From Stellaceae bacterium (lineage in GTDB: Bacteria; Pseudomonadota; Alphaproteobacteria; ATCC43930; CGMCC-115725): a stretch of 64,000 nucleotides of DNA. Positions 55,493 to 64,000 of this stretch are shown here, one piece after another; position 1 is the first letter of the stretch; each line of letters starts with the position of its first letter. The notes under the pieces were generated by a model, which was given only the letters and a program-made list of their open reading frames with translations, ran no database searches and was not told the origin of the DNA. The position numbers and the translations under genes are program-made. Location of the stretch: NCBI GenBank assembly GCA_035532935.1, contig DATKQE010000075.1, forward strand, positions 2,393-66,392, given 5' to 3'.

Positions 55493-56170
55493 ATGGCATC
55501 TCCGGTTCCTATCGCCAGAAGAATATTCCTCACCGGCGGCGTCGCGATGTTCTGCGCGTCGTGCGGCGATACATGGCTGAAAAGCGTTACTTACGCGACC
55601 CGAACCTATCTGATGAAAGGCGCCGATCTGCATTTGACGCGCGCCGATATCGATCGCATTCCCTATGCCAGCATCGCCGTTCGTCTGGGCGACGGGCCGC
55701 AGGCGCTGCTCATTCTCGCCCGCTTCGACGGCGATGATCTGCACTGGATCTCGGCCGAAAACGAGGTGATCGTCACACGGCGCGGCCGCGTCGTCGAAAC
55801 CTACGGGCTCCCCGTCAATCTCAAGCAGACGACATTTCTGACCGGCGATCCGGTCGGCCGACCCCTATCAGCCCTCGAGGCCACCACCGAGTGCATGCGC
55901 ACGATCGATCTCGAACCTCGGCACATCGATGGCGTTCTCGTTCGCTCGCGCTTTGCCAGCGACGGCGCCGACGACCTGACGATCCTTGGCGACCACAAGG
56001 CGACGAGCCTGTGGACCGAGGCGAATGCCGCCTCCGAACTGGATTGGGAATTCAAGAACCAGTATTGGATCGACGCGCGGTCAGGCTATGTGTGGAAAAG
56101 TCGGCAATACCTGTCGCCGCGGCTGCCGGCGCTGGAGATCATCGTCTACAAGCCAGCGATCAGGACATAA
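55493..56170 (+). CDS. YjbF/GfcB-family lipoprotein
   Basis: Signal plus a C-A-S-C lipobox-like site. Body (ASIAVRLGDGPQALLILARFDGDDLHWISAE...VVTRRGRVVETYGL) resembles the YjbF family. An earlier ATG at 55469 is possible. Confidence 0.7.
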   Translation: MASPVPIARRIFLTGGVAMFCASCGDTWLKSVTYATRTYLMKGADLHLTRADIDRIPYASIAVRLGDGPQALLILARFDGDDLHWISAENEVIVTRRGRVVETYGLPVNLKQTTFLTGDPVGRPLSALEATTECMRTIDLEPRHIDGVLVRSRFASDGADDLTILGDHKATSLWTEANAASELDWEFKNQYWIDARSGYVWKSRQYLSPRLPALEIIVYKPAIRT

Positions 56171-56238
56171 TGAACATGGCGGCACGGTTTCCCGGCCGCC
56201 ATGCTAGAGAAAAACTGCGGGGTCCGCTTTGGTGCGGC

Positions 56239-56499
56239 CTATTGGGCCGTGCTGGTAGCCGACGAGGTGGTCGAGTTTGCATTCGACGAACCGCTCGTCG
56301 CCGCGGCAATGCCCGCCGCGATCGCCGCTGCGGCGATCGCGCCACCGACGATTGCGCCGGTCGAGATGCCGCCCGTCGCCTCGCCGCTGGCGACCGTCGT
56401 GCTGCCCGCCGCGCCGCCGCCTTGCGTCTGCGCAAAGGCCAGGGCGGGCGTGAGCGCCAATGCCAGTGCCGCAGTCATACCGATCAAAGTCTTACGCAT
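56239..56499 (-). CDS. YjbE-like small secreted Gly/Ala/Ser/Thr-rich protein (86 aa)
   Basis: MRKTLIGMTAALALALTPALAFA signal, then low-complexity GGAAGSTTVASGEATGG...SSATSTAQ. Composition and C-terminus resemble E. coli YjbE. Confidence 0.6.
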   Translation of the reverse strand: MRKTLIGMTAALALALTPALAFAQTQGGGAAGSTTVASGEATGGISTGAIVGGAIAAAAIAAGIAAATSGSSNANSTTSSATSTAQ

Positions 56500-56552
56500 A
56501 ATTCGCCCCCGAATGATGTGAGCCGCGCATGGCCAGGACGATGACTCGTGAT

Positions 56553-56581
56553 TAAATACCACAGGGGTAAGGATTGTGCAA
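56553..56581 (-). promoter_or_regulatory. Sigma70-like promoter candidate for the yjbE-like gene
   Basis: Minus strand reads TTGCAC (56581-56576), a 17-nt spacer, then TATTTA (56558-56553), about 50 nt upstream of ATG 56499. Confidence 0.3.
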
Positions 56582-56670
56582 TCGACCGGTGAAATTTTGC
56601 TTATGCGTCGTCCTTTTTGGGGGCTCGATCCCGATCGAAGCGGCGCCGGCCGTCGCGACCGCTTGGAGCG

Positions 56671-58572
56671 TCAGAGCAGAACGCCTCTGCCGCGCAATTC
56701 GCGCACCAGTTCCGCGGCCGCTTCGTCTGGATTGCCGTCGCCGCCGTCGATCACGAAGTCGGGCGTCTCCGGCGGCTCATAGGGACTGTCGATGCCGGTG
56801 AAGTTGCCGATCTTGCCGGCCCGCGCCTTGGCATAGAGGCCCTTGGGATCCCGCCGCTCGCACACGTCGAGCGGCGTGCTGACGTAGATTTCGAGGAACT
56901 CGCCCGGCTCCAGGAGTTCGCGCGCCATGCGCCGCTCGCTGCGGAAGGGCGAGATGAACGACACCAGCACGATGAGCCCGGCATCGACCATGAGCTTGGC
57001 GGTCTCGGCAACGCGACGGATGTTCTCGACGCGATCGGCATCGGTGAAGCCCAGATCCTTGTTGAGCCCGTGCCGGACGTTGTCGCCGTCGAGCAGATAG
57101 GTATGCCGGCCGAACTCGACGAGGCGCTTTTCAAGCGCGTTGGCGACGGTCGACTTGCCGGCGCCTGAGAGGCCGGTGAACCACAGGAGACAGGGTCTCT
57201 GGCCCTTGATCGCGGCCCGCCGTCCCTTGTGCACCTCGAACGGCTGCCACAGAATGTTGGACGCGCGCCGCAGCGAGAAGGCGACCATTCCGGCACCGAC
57301 CGTGGCGTTCGACACGCGGTCGACGAGGACGAAGCTGCCGGTCTCGCGGCAGGACGCGTAGGGATCGAGCGCCAGCGGCCGGTCGAAGCTCAGATTGCAG
57401 AACCCGATCTCGTTGAGCGCAAGCGTCTTCGCCGCCTGATGCTCGAGCGAATCGATATTGACCTTGTGCTTGAGTTCGCTCACCTGGGCCAGCGCCTGGG
57501 CCGTCCCGGCGCGAAGATGATAGAGCCGACCGGGCAGCAGCGGTTCGTCGTGCATCCACACGAGATGGGCGGCGACCTGGTCGGTGATCTCGGGCCGATC
57601 GGCGCCCGCGCACAGCATGTCGCCGCGGCTGATGTCGATCTCGTCCTCGAGCGTGAGCGTGACCGATTGGCCGGCCACGGCCACGTCGAGATCGGCCGTG
57701 CCGAGCACGATCCGCGCGACGCGCGACGCGCGTCCGGACGGCAGGGCGACGACGGTGGCGCCGGGCCGCACGCTCCCCCGCGCGACGGTCCCGGCATAGC
57801 CGCGGAAGTCACGGTCGGCACGGTTGACCCATTGCACCGGCATGCGGAAGGCGCCGTCGGACGCGGCGGCGTCGACATCCACCGTTTCGAGGAACGGCAG
57901 CAGCGCGGGACCCTGGTACCACGGCATCGCCGCGCTCGGCCGCGTCACGTTGTCGCCGCCGAGCGCCGAGATCGGGATGCAGGTGACGCCGCTCGCGCCG
58001 AGCCCGGCGGCAAAGGCGCGAAACTCGGCGGCGATGCGCTCGAACACGCCGCGGTCGAAGGCGACAAGGTCCATCTTGTTGACCGCCAGCACCAGCTCGC
58101 GAATGCCGAGCAGCGACACGATATAGGCATGCCGCCGGGTTTGGGTGAGCATCCCCTTGCGCGCATCGACGAGCACAACCGCGAGCTGGGCGGTCGAAGC
58201 GCCGGTCGCCATGTTGCGGGTGTACTGTTCGTGGTCCGGCGTGTCGGCAACGATGAATTTGCGCCGGGCGGTGGCGAAGAAGCGATAGGCCACGTCGATG
58301 GTGATCGCCTGCTCGCGCTCGGCCTGCAAGCCGTCGACGAGGAGCGCGAAATCGAATTGCTGGCCGGTGGTGCCGTGACGGCGGCTGTCGCGCTCGCGGG
58401 CGGCGAGCTGGTCGTCGTGGATCAGGTTCGAGTCGTAAAGAAGGCGTCCGATCAGCGTGCTCTTGCCGTCATCGACGCTGCCACACGTGATGAAGCGCAA
58501 GAGGCTCGCGGTCGTGGCGTCCGACGCGCCCGACACAGCGTGGCCGGCGGCGGTATCGGCGACGCGCGCCAT
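56671..58572 (-). CDS. cysNC: Bifunctional sulfate adenylyltransferase subunit 1 / adenylylsulfate kinase (CysN-CysC fusion, NodQ-like)
   Basis: GTPase G1 GSVDDGKST and G4 NKMD. APS-kinase P-loop GLSGAGKST and [11 protein letters not shown]. The G3 motif reads DTPDH instead of DTPGH. ATG 58572 overlaps the cysD stop by 1 nt. Confidence 0.9.
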   Translation of the reverse strand: MARVADTAAGHAVSGASDATTASLLRFITCGSVDDGKSTLIGRLLYDSNLIHDDQLAARERDSRRHGTTGQQFDFALLVDGLQAEREQAITIDVAYRFFATARRKFIVADTPDHEQYTRNMATGASTAQLAVVLVDARKGMLTQTRRHAYIVSLLGIRELVLAVNKMDLVAFDRGVFERIAAEFRAFAAGLGASGVTCIPISALGGDNVTRPSAAMPWYQGPALLPFLETVDVDAAASDGAFRMPVQWVNRADRDFRGYAGTVARGSVRPGATVVALPSGRASRVARIVLGTADLDVAVAGQSVTLTLEDEIDISRGDMLCAGADRPEITDQVAAHLVWMHDEPLLPGRLYHLRAGTAQALAQVSELKHKVNIDSLEHQAAKTLALNEIGFCNLSFDRPLALDPYASCRETGSFVLVDRVSNATVGAGMVAFSLRRASNILWQPFEVHKGRRAAIKGQRPCLLWFTGLSGAGKSTVANALEKRLVEFGRHTYLLDGDNVRHGLNKDLGFTDADRVENIRRVAETAKLMVDAGLIVLVSFISPFRSERRMARELLEPGEFLEIYVSTPLDVCERRDPKGLYAKARAGKIGNFTGIDSPYEPPETPDFVIDGGDGNPDEAAAELVRELRGRGVLL

Positions 58573-59492
58573 CAGAAATACCCTTCCTGCTTCTTGAGCT
58601 CCATCGAGCCGGCCTGGTCGTGGTCGATGATCCGGCCCTGGCGTTCCGAGCGCCGCGCCAGCGCCATCTCGCGCAGGATGGCCGGCACTGTGTCCGCCCG
58701 CGACTCGATCGCGCCCGACAGCGGATAGCACCCGAGCGTACGGAACCGTACCGAGCGCAGCTCGGGCGTCTCGCCGGGACGCAGCGCCATGCGGCCGTCA
58801 TCGACCATGATGAGGACGCCGTCACGCTCGACCACCGGCCGCTCCTTGGCGAAATAGAGCGGGACTACCTCGATGCCCTCGCGCTCGACATATTCCCATA
58901 CGTCGCGCTCGGTCCAATTGGACAGCGGGAACACGCGCATGGTCTCGCCGGGCTGCATGCGGCCGTTGTAGATGTGCCACAACTCGGGGCGCTGATTCTT
59001 GGGGTCCCAGCGGTGTGCCGCGCTGCGCAGCGAGAACACCCGTTCCTTGGCGCGGCTCGCCTCCTCGTCGCGCCGCGCGCCGCCGAGCGCGGCATCGAAC
59101 CGCCACTTGTCGAGCGCCTGCCGGAGCGCGGCGGTCTTCATCACGTCGGTATATATGGCGGAGCCGTGGCTGAAGGGCGTGATCCCCTGCGCCACACCCT
59201 CCTCGTTCACATGCACGCGAAGTTCGATGCCGGGATCGCGCGCCACACCGTCGCGGAACGCAATCATGTCGCGGAATTTCCACGTCGTGTCGATATGCAG
59301 CAACGGAAGCGGCAGCCGCGCCGGATGGAACGCCTTCCGCGCGAGGTGCAGCATCACCGATGAATCCTTGCCGATCGAGTACAGCATCACCGGATTGCGG
59401 AATTGCGCCACCACCTCGCGGATGATGGCGATGCCCTCCGCCTCGAGCAGGTCGAGATGGGAAAGACCCTGGCGGGACGTTATGGCCTGCAT
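58572..59492 (-). CDS. cysD: Sulfate adenylyltransferase subunit 2 (NodP-like)
   Basis: [16 protein letters not shown]-loop, [17 protein letters not shown], ending QEGYF. Start at MQAITS (ATG 59492). Confidence 0.9.
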   Translation of the reverse strand: MQAITSRQGLSHLDLLEAEGIAIIREVVAQFRNPVMLYSIGKDSSVMLHLARKAFHPARLPLPLLHIDTTWKFRDMIAFRDGVARDPGIELRVHVNEEGVAQGITPFSHGSAIYTDVMKTAALRQALDKWRFDAALGGARRDEEASRAKERVFSLRSAAHRWDPKNQRPELWHIYNGRMQPGETMRVFPLSNWTERDVWEYVEREGIEVVPLYFAKERPVVERDGVLIMVDDGRMALRPGETPELRSVRFRTLGCYPLSGAIESRADTVPAILREMALARRSERQGRIIDHDQAGSMELKKQEGYF

Positions 59493-59621
59493 CCCAAGAT
59501 CGTACCCCTTTCCGGACGTTGACCCGATCCGATCGCTTGGCGCGAATATGGCGAGACACGCATGCCGGCGCAACGCGGGCCGTTCCAAGACTGCAACTTA
59601 GAAGCAAACTATTTCAAGCCG

Positions 59622-59657
59622 TATCGGGGCCCATATCGGGGCCCATATCAGGGATTG
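59622..59657. repeat. Tandem 12-bp repeat TATCGGGGCCCA x2 plus a degenerate third unit (TATCAGGGATTG)
   Basis: Read directly from the cysD / mipA-like divergent intergenic region. Each full unit contains the palindrome GGGCCC. Confidence 0.8.
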
Positions 59658-59680
59658 ACGCTGGCCAAACACGAACCGGC

Positions 59681-60565
59681 ATGTTAGAGCCGCGGCCGGT
59701 TTCAGTCGGGGGGCTATTCTTGCCGATCTTTCTCAGAGCCGCCGTCGCAGCGGCGGCGATTCTGTTAGGGCTTGCGCCCCTGGCGCAGGCGGCAAGCGGA
59801 GACCTGCCACTGTTCGAGGTCGGCGTCCTCGCCGCGGGCGGCAGCTTTCCCGACTATCCGGCGTCGAGCCAGAGCCATTTCCACGCGCTGCCCCTGCCCT
59901 ACATCATCTATCGCGGGCGGAATCTCCAGCTCAGCGAGAACGCCGCGCGCGGCATCCTCTACGCCACGCCGGCGGTGAGCTTCGATGTCAGCGCCTCGGC
60001 CGCATTCCGATCGAGCCACGACGATGCCGCGCGGCAGGGCATGCCCGGACTGGATTACATGGGCCAGGTCGGACCGCGCCTCAACGTACTGCTCGCGCGC
60101 GACGCAAGGTACGCCAAGATCGATTTCGAGCTGCCGGTACGGGCGGTCGTGTCGACGGATTTCAGCTCGTTCGCGTTCCGCGGCTTCCTGATGGCACCGG
60201 AGGTCGCCTATACCCATGCCAATTTCATGAACAGCGGCGGGCGCCTCAAGATCGGGATTGGACCGCAATTCGCGACCAGCCGGCTGATGCAATACTTCTA
60301 CTCTGTGCAGCCGCAATACGTCGCCCCCGGGCGACCGCAATTCAACGCCTCGGGCGGCTATCTCGGCTCGCGGCTCGATATCACCTACCGCATTCCGCTC
60401 AATCAACGCATGAATCTGATCGCGCTGTTCGCGCCCGAACTCTACAAGGGCGCGACCAATTCAGGCAGCCCGCTGTTCAAGAAGGAATACGGCATCTCGG
60501 CGGCCGTGGCGCTCACCTTCTCGTTCTATCGCAGTGACGCGGTGGCGCGCGGCGAGCTCGAATGA
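59681..60565 (+). CDS. MipA/OmpV-family outer-membrane protein
   Basis: Signal peptide ending LAQA. PLFEVGVLAAGGSFPDYPASSQ...LPLPYIIYRG is a typical MipA N-terminus. Beta-strand-rich, ending with an aromatic-rich segment. Confidence 0.75.
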   Translation: MLEPRPVSVGGLFLPIFLRAAVAAAAILLGLAPLAQAASGDLPLFEVGVLAAGGSFPDYPASSQSHFHALPLPYIIYRGRNLQLSENAARGILYATPAVSFDVSASAAFRSSHDDAARQGMPGLDYMGQVGPRLNVLLARDARYAKIDFELPVRAVVSTDFSSFAFRGFLMAPEVAYTHANFMNSGGRLKIGIGPQFATSRLMQYFYSVQPQYVAPGRPQFNASGGYLGSRLDITYRIPLNQRMNLIALFAPELYKGATNSGSPLFKKEYGISAAVALTFSFYRSDAVARGELE

Positions 60566-60586
60566 GGCGGCTGCGCCGCGTCGATC

Positions 60587-60931
60587 TCAATAGATGCAAT
60601 CGAAATACCATCTGATGGTGTCGTGTTCGGGAGTCGCCCCGGCGATGCGTTGGGCCGAGACCAGGCGCGCATAGCGCGACCGCTCGGTGCAGAAGTCCTG
60701 CGCGCGCGTGCGCGGATCGGCCGACGACCCTGTCGTGATCACGAATTCCTCGGGATCGTCGAGCGCGGCCTCCGTGCCGGCGGCGGGTCGAGCCTCCGCC
60801 TTCGGCGCGGGCGCGATCGCCGCATCAGGGTCGGGCACGAAGATGCCCCAAGGCGACGACCACGAGACGCAACCCGAGAGAAACAAGGACGCGATCAGAA
60901 CCAAGGGGCGCTGCACATCGGCCTCCACCAC
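60587..60931 (-). CDS. Small hypothetical lipoprotein (114 aa)
   Basis: GTG start. LIASLFLSGC lipobox. Pro/Ala-rich linker followed by a Cys-containing C-terminal domain. Confidence 0.45.
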   Translation of the reverse strand: MVEADVQRPLVLIASLFLSGCVSWSSPWGIFVPDPDAAIAPAPKAEARPAAGTEAALDDPEEFVITTGSSADPRTRAQDFCTERSRYARLVSAQRIAGATPEHDTIRWYFDCIY

Positions 60932-61127
60932 GAAGACGCCGCTCAGTCTATCCGATAGGCGCCGGCTTGCCAGCCCATGCCGGCATCACCGCGTCATCAC
61001 GGACGATTGATTGGTCCTCCGCGATGAGAGAAGCTGAAATCGCCGGCAATTTGCGCCGGGATCGCAGGGTCGTCGTCCCGGCACGAATACGTTGCTCATC
61101 CACGCCACGCCTGCCTGGAGGCTTTCC

Positions 61128-62271
61128 ATGCCCGCGCAATGCCCGCCGCCGCGCCCCCAGTCCTATGACAAGGCGGTAGCCCTGGTTTTCCAGGGCGGCG
61201 GCGCGCTCGGCAGCTACCAGGCGGGGGTGTACGAGGCCTTGTCGGAATCGGAATATCTGCCCGACTGGGTGGCAGGGATTTCGATCGGCGCCGTCAACGC
61301 CGCCATCATTGCCGGCAACGCGCCCGAGCATCGCGTCGACCGCCTGCGCCGATTCTGGGAGGAGATTACCGGGCCGACGGCGCTGTGGCCGTCCCGAGGC
61401 GGCGAGGCGCATCGGCGGTGCAGCGCGCTCGCCGCGCTACTGTTCGGACAGCCCGGTTTCTTCGCGCCGTATGTCTTGCCGAAATGGTTCGGCACCTCTT
61501 CGCCAACGAGCTACTACGCGACCGGCGCGTTGAAGAGTACGCTTGAGCGCCTCGTGGATTTCGACCGGATCAATGCCCGCGAGATGCGCTTCAGTGTCGG
61601 CGCCGTCAACGTGCGCACGGGCTGGTTTGCCTATTTCGACAACGCCGAGATCGCCATCCGTCCCAAGCATGTGATGGCGAGCGGCGCGCTGCCGCCCGGA
61701 TTTCCCGCAGTCGAGATCGACGGCGAGCATTACTGGGACGGCGGCCTCGTCTCGAACACGCCACTGCAATACGTGGTCGAGTACGTGCCGCGCCGCAGCC
61801 GGCTCAGCTGCCAGGTCGATCTGTTCCACAGCCGGGGCGCCATTCCGACCAATCTCGAGGAAGTAAGCGAACGCGAGAAGGACATCCGCTACTCCAGCCG
61901 GACGCGTTGCGCGACACGCCCGAGGCGAGGTTCCTCTATAATTTCGGCTGCGTCACCACGATGGACGTCGCACAGCTCATCCATCGGCCACACGAACCGC
62001 AAGGCGCCGCCAAGGATTTCGAGTTCAGCCGCGCGACGATGCGCGCCCGCCGGGCGCAGGGACGCGCGGACGCGCGGACGCGCAAGCGACGCTCGTGGCC
62101 CCGCCGTGGCTCGCGCCGATGCCGCCGGAAGCGGTCGGATTTGCCACGCTCGGCATCGCGCGCATCCTGCCGCATTCCGGTCCCGTCACCGTGGGTGCGC
62201 GCGTCATGATCCTGCCGGGCGCGGTCTTGCTCTGGCCGCTCCTCGTACGGCGCTGGCTGGTCGCCGGATGA
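61128..62271 (+). pseudogene. Patatin-like phospholipase (with DUF3734-type C-terminal region) disrupted by two frameshifting lesions
   Basis: Intact N-terminus: GGGALGSYQAG oxyanion, GISIG (GxSxG), YWDGG catalytic Asp. The frame breaks after YSSRTR (about 61905). It continues in frame 2 (LRDTPEARFLYNFGCVTTMDVAQLIHR...DFEFSRATMRA). It breaks again at the 8-bp triple repeat (62060-62083) and continues in frame 1 to TGA 62271. Confidence 0.7.
62060..62083. repeat. Perfect tandem triplication of the 8-mer GGACGCGC inside the patatin pseudogene
   Basis: Read directly: GGACGCGC GGACGCGC GGACGCGC. Removing one unit restores ...AQGRADAQATLVAPPWLAPMPPEAVGF.... Confidence 0.9.
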
Positions 62272-62700
62272 GACGGCCGCATCGACGCTGGCATCGTCTG
62301 GCGTGGCTGGTCCTGCCCGCCCTCGCCGCGGTGCTGTTCGCGGCGGCGCCATCGTGAGCGAGGTCAAGGTGCGATGAGTGCGGGATTCCGCGCGATCCCA
62401 TGGAACCGCTACAAGCTGGCCTACGACGCGGTGCTGGTGCTGGCGGTGTTTGCCGATCTCGGAACTTATTTCCAAGTCGGGCCGCCGCTGTGGCCCTCGG
62501 ACAATCCGGTCAATCCGGAGATTCAGGAAATGCGGGCGTTCGGGAGCTGCGCCTTTCTGATGCTGATGCTGATCCGCGTGCCGGCGGACTCGGGCCGCAT
62601 CGGCGAGCGGCTGACGTTCACGAGCCGCGTCTGCGACGCCGCCGATCTGCACGAGTTCCGGGTCGCGGCCAGCGCGCTCGCGGATTGAAGTTTCGGGAGC

Positions 62701-63999
62701 TTGAGCAGCATGGATGGCCAGGAGCGCGTTGATGCGGCACGAGCCGGGAGCGCCGAGGTGAAATCCCATCCGACGCCGGCCGGACCGCGCGATCCGCGGC
62801 TCGATTTCTTCCGCGGGATCGCGATGTTCATCATCTATATCGCGCATGCCCGCGGGAATTTTCTCTATGACTATATTCCGGCGCGCTACGGCATCAGCGA
62901 CGCCGCCGACATGTTCGTGTTCGTGTCCGGCATGACCGCCGCGATCGCCTTCGGCGGCACCTTCGTCCGCCAGGGCTGGCTCATCGGCACCGCCCGGATC
63001 GCCTATCGCTGCCTGCAACTCTACGCGGCCCAGATCGGCATGTTCTTCGCCGTGGCGGTGGTGGTGGTCCTGGGCACGCGCTGGTATGGCGACACCAACT
63101 ACATCGAAGTCGCTCAGTTGCAGCGCTTCTTCTCGGACACCGGCAATGCGCTGGTGGGGCTGTTCACGCTGACTTATGTCCCGCACTACATCGACATCCT
63201 GCCGCTCTATATCGTGGCGCTGGCGATGGTGCCGGTGGCGATGGCGCTCGCGCGCATCCATCCGCTACTGGTGCCGGCGACGTCGATCGCGCTCTATGCC
63301 GCCGCCAATTTCTTTCAGCTCAACCTTCCCGCCCATGCCGACAATCAGGCCGAATGGTATTTCGATCCGTTCGCCTGGCAGCTCATCTTCTTCACCGGAT
63401 TTTCGCTGCGGCGCGGCTGGATCAGGCTGCCGCTCGCGTCGCCGCCGCTGCTGGCGGCGAGCGTGGCGGTTCTGCTCGCCGGTCTCGGGGTCTCGCTGCC
63501 CTCGGTGTTCGAGCGGGTGCCGCCGCTCGACTGGCTCCGAGTCTGGATCGCGCATCACACCGACAAGACCTATCTCGATCTCCTGCAATACGTCCATTTT
63601 CTCGCCTCGGCCCATGTCGCGGTGGCGCTGCTGAAGGGTCGCGAACGGCTCCTGTCCACGGCGCCGATCCGGCCGCTCGTCAAATGCGGGCAGCAGGCAC
63701 TGTCGATCTTCACGTCGGGCATGGTGCTGTCCTATGTCAGCGGGATGGTGTTCGACCACGCCGGCACCGGCGCGGCGGTCCAGATCGCGGTCAACGCCGC
63801 GACGTTCGCGCTGCTTTTCGCCATTGCCTATGGCGTGGCGTGGTTCAAGAATGCGCCCTGGAAGGGCCGCAACGTCGCGGCGCTGGCGACGGCGAGCGCC
63901 TTCGTGGTGCTCGTCGCGGGGAGCAGCGGCGCGCGCACCGTGGACGGCAGTATGCGCGTTCTCCCCGCAATTTCGGCGGCAATGGTGCCACGATGTTGA
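62701..63999 (+). CDS. OpgC-family membrane acyltransferase-like protein (osmoregulated periplasmic glucan modification)
   Basis: RDPRLDFFRGIAMFIIYIAH...DMFVFVSGMTAA...YVPHYIDILPLYI is a characteristic OpgC-domain sequence with about 10 TMS. Listed start TTG 62701 or ATG 62710. The stop is at the window end. Confidence 0.8.
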   Translation: MSSMDGQERVDAARAGSAEVKSHPTPAGPRDPRLDFFRGIAMFIIYIAHARGNFLYDYIPARYGISDAADMFVFVSGMTAAIAFGGTFVRQGWLIGTARIAYRCLQLYAAQIGMFFAVAVVVVLGTRWYGDTNYIEVAQLQRFFSDTGNALVGLFTLTYVPHYIDILPLYIVALAMVPVAMALARIHPLLVPATSIALYAAANFFQLNLPAHADNQAEWYFDPFAWQLIFFTGFSLRRGWIRLPLASPPLLAASVAVLLAGLGVSLPSVFERVPPLDWLRVWIAHHTDKTYLDLLQYVHFLASAHVAVALLKGRERLLSTAPIRPLVKCGQQALSIFTSGMVLSYVSGMVFDHAGTGAAVQIAVNAATFALLFAIAYGVAWFKNAPWKGRNVAALATASAFVVLVAGSSGARTVDGSMRVLPAISAAMVPRC

Positions 64000-64000
64000 G

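Noticed and set aside
62374-62688. 104-codon ORF (MSAGFRAIPWNRYKLAYDAVLVLAVFADLG...) between the patatin pseudogene and the OpgC-like gene.
   Set aside because: The N-terminus looks like one or two TM helices, but the C-terminal half is Arg/Ala-rich. I found no recognisable motif, SD or conserved pattern. It may be a truncated membrane-protein remnant, and I cannot support a call.

Overview
This is a high-GC (roughly two-thirds G+C by eye) alphaproteobacterium-like chromosomal accessory region. It is densely packed with protein-coding genes. I found no rRNA, tRNA, CRISPR array, transposase or integrase. All calls come from reading the supplied translations and the DNA (motifs, start-codon and SD context, overlaps). 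No database search was run, so family names are recognition-level assignments.

Layout:
- (1) 1-3.1 kb: a mobile-element or prophage-like module. It holds a 5'-truncated HerA-type ATPase, a DUF6456-like gene, a GcrA-like gene, and a self-cleaving CI/LexA-type repressor with a palindromic switch region.
- (2) 3.1-49.9 kb: a very large, regulator-poor mosaic of oxidative and decarboxylative catabolic operons.
  - Oxygenases: two acyl-CoA-dehydrogenase-fold monooxygenases, three single-component FAD monooxygenases, a Rieske alpha/beta oxygenase, and a fused LigB-LigA extradiol dioxygenase.
  - Decarboxylase-type genes: two PhtD-like decarboxylases, a UbiD decarboxylase and a split ComDE-like ThDP decarboxylase.
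  - Other redox genes: an orphan molybdopterin (CoxL-like) subunit and an SdhA-like flavoprotein with a mini 2Fe-2S subunit.
  - Transport: ABC and MFS transporters.
  - Interspersed genes: metZ behind a candidate SAM-II riboswitch, and maeB.
- (3) 49.9-56.5 kb: a yjbEFGH-like exopolysaccharide secretion locus with a 982-aa multi-SLBB exporter.
- (4) 56.7-59.5 kb: cysD-cysNC (nodPQ-like). Its CysN carries an unusual DTPDH G3 motif.
- (5) 59.7-64 kb: envelope genes (MipA-like, a lipoprotein, OpgC-like) and a patatin gene inactivated by two frameshifting lesions.

Best candidates for undescribed biology:
- The bicupin / EutA-like ATPase / DapA-like aldolase / GlcG-like module, which has no B12 enzyme (24.6-28.7 kb).
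- The flavoprotein / mini-SdhB / cupin / EF-hand-lipoprotein operon, divergent from a split ThDP decarboxylase (35.0-39.4 kb).
- The UbiD / orphan-CoxL / cupin operon (39.4-44.0 kb).
- The HerA module at the left edge, whose partner genes lie outside the window.
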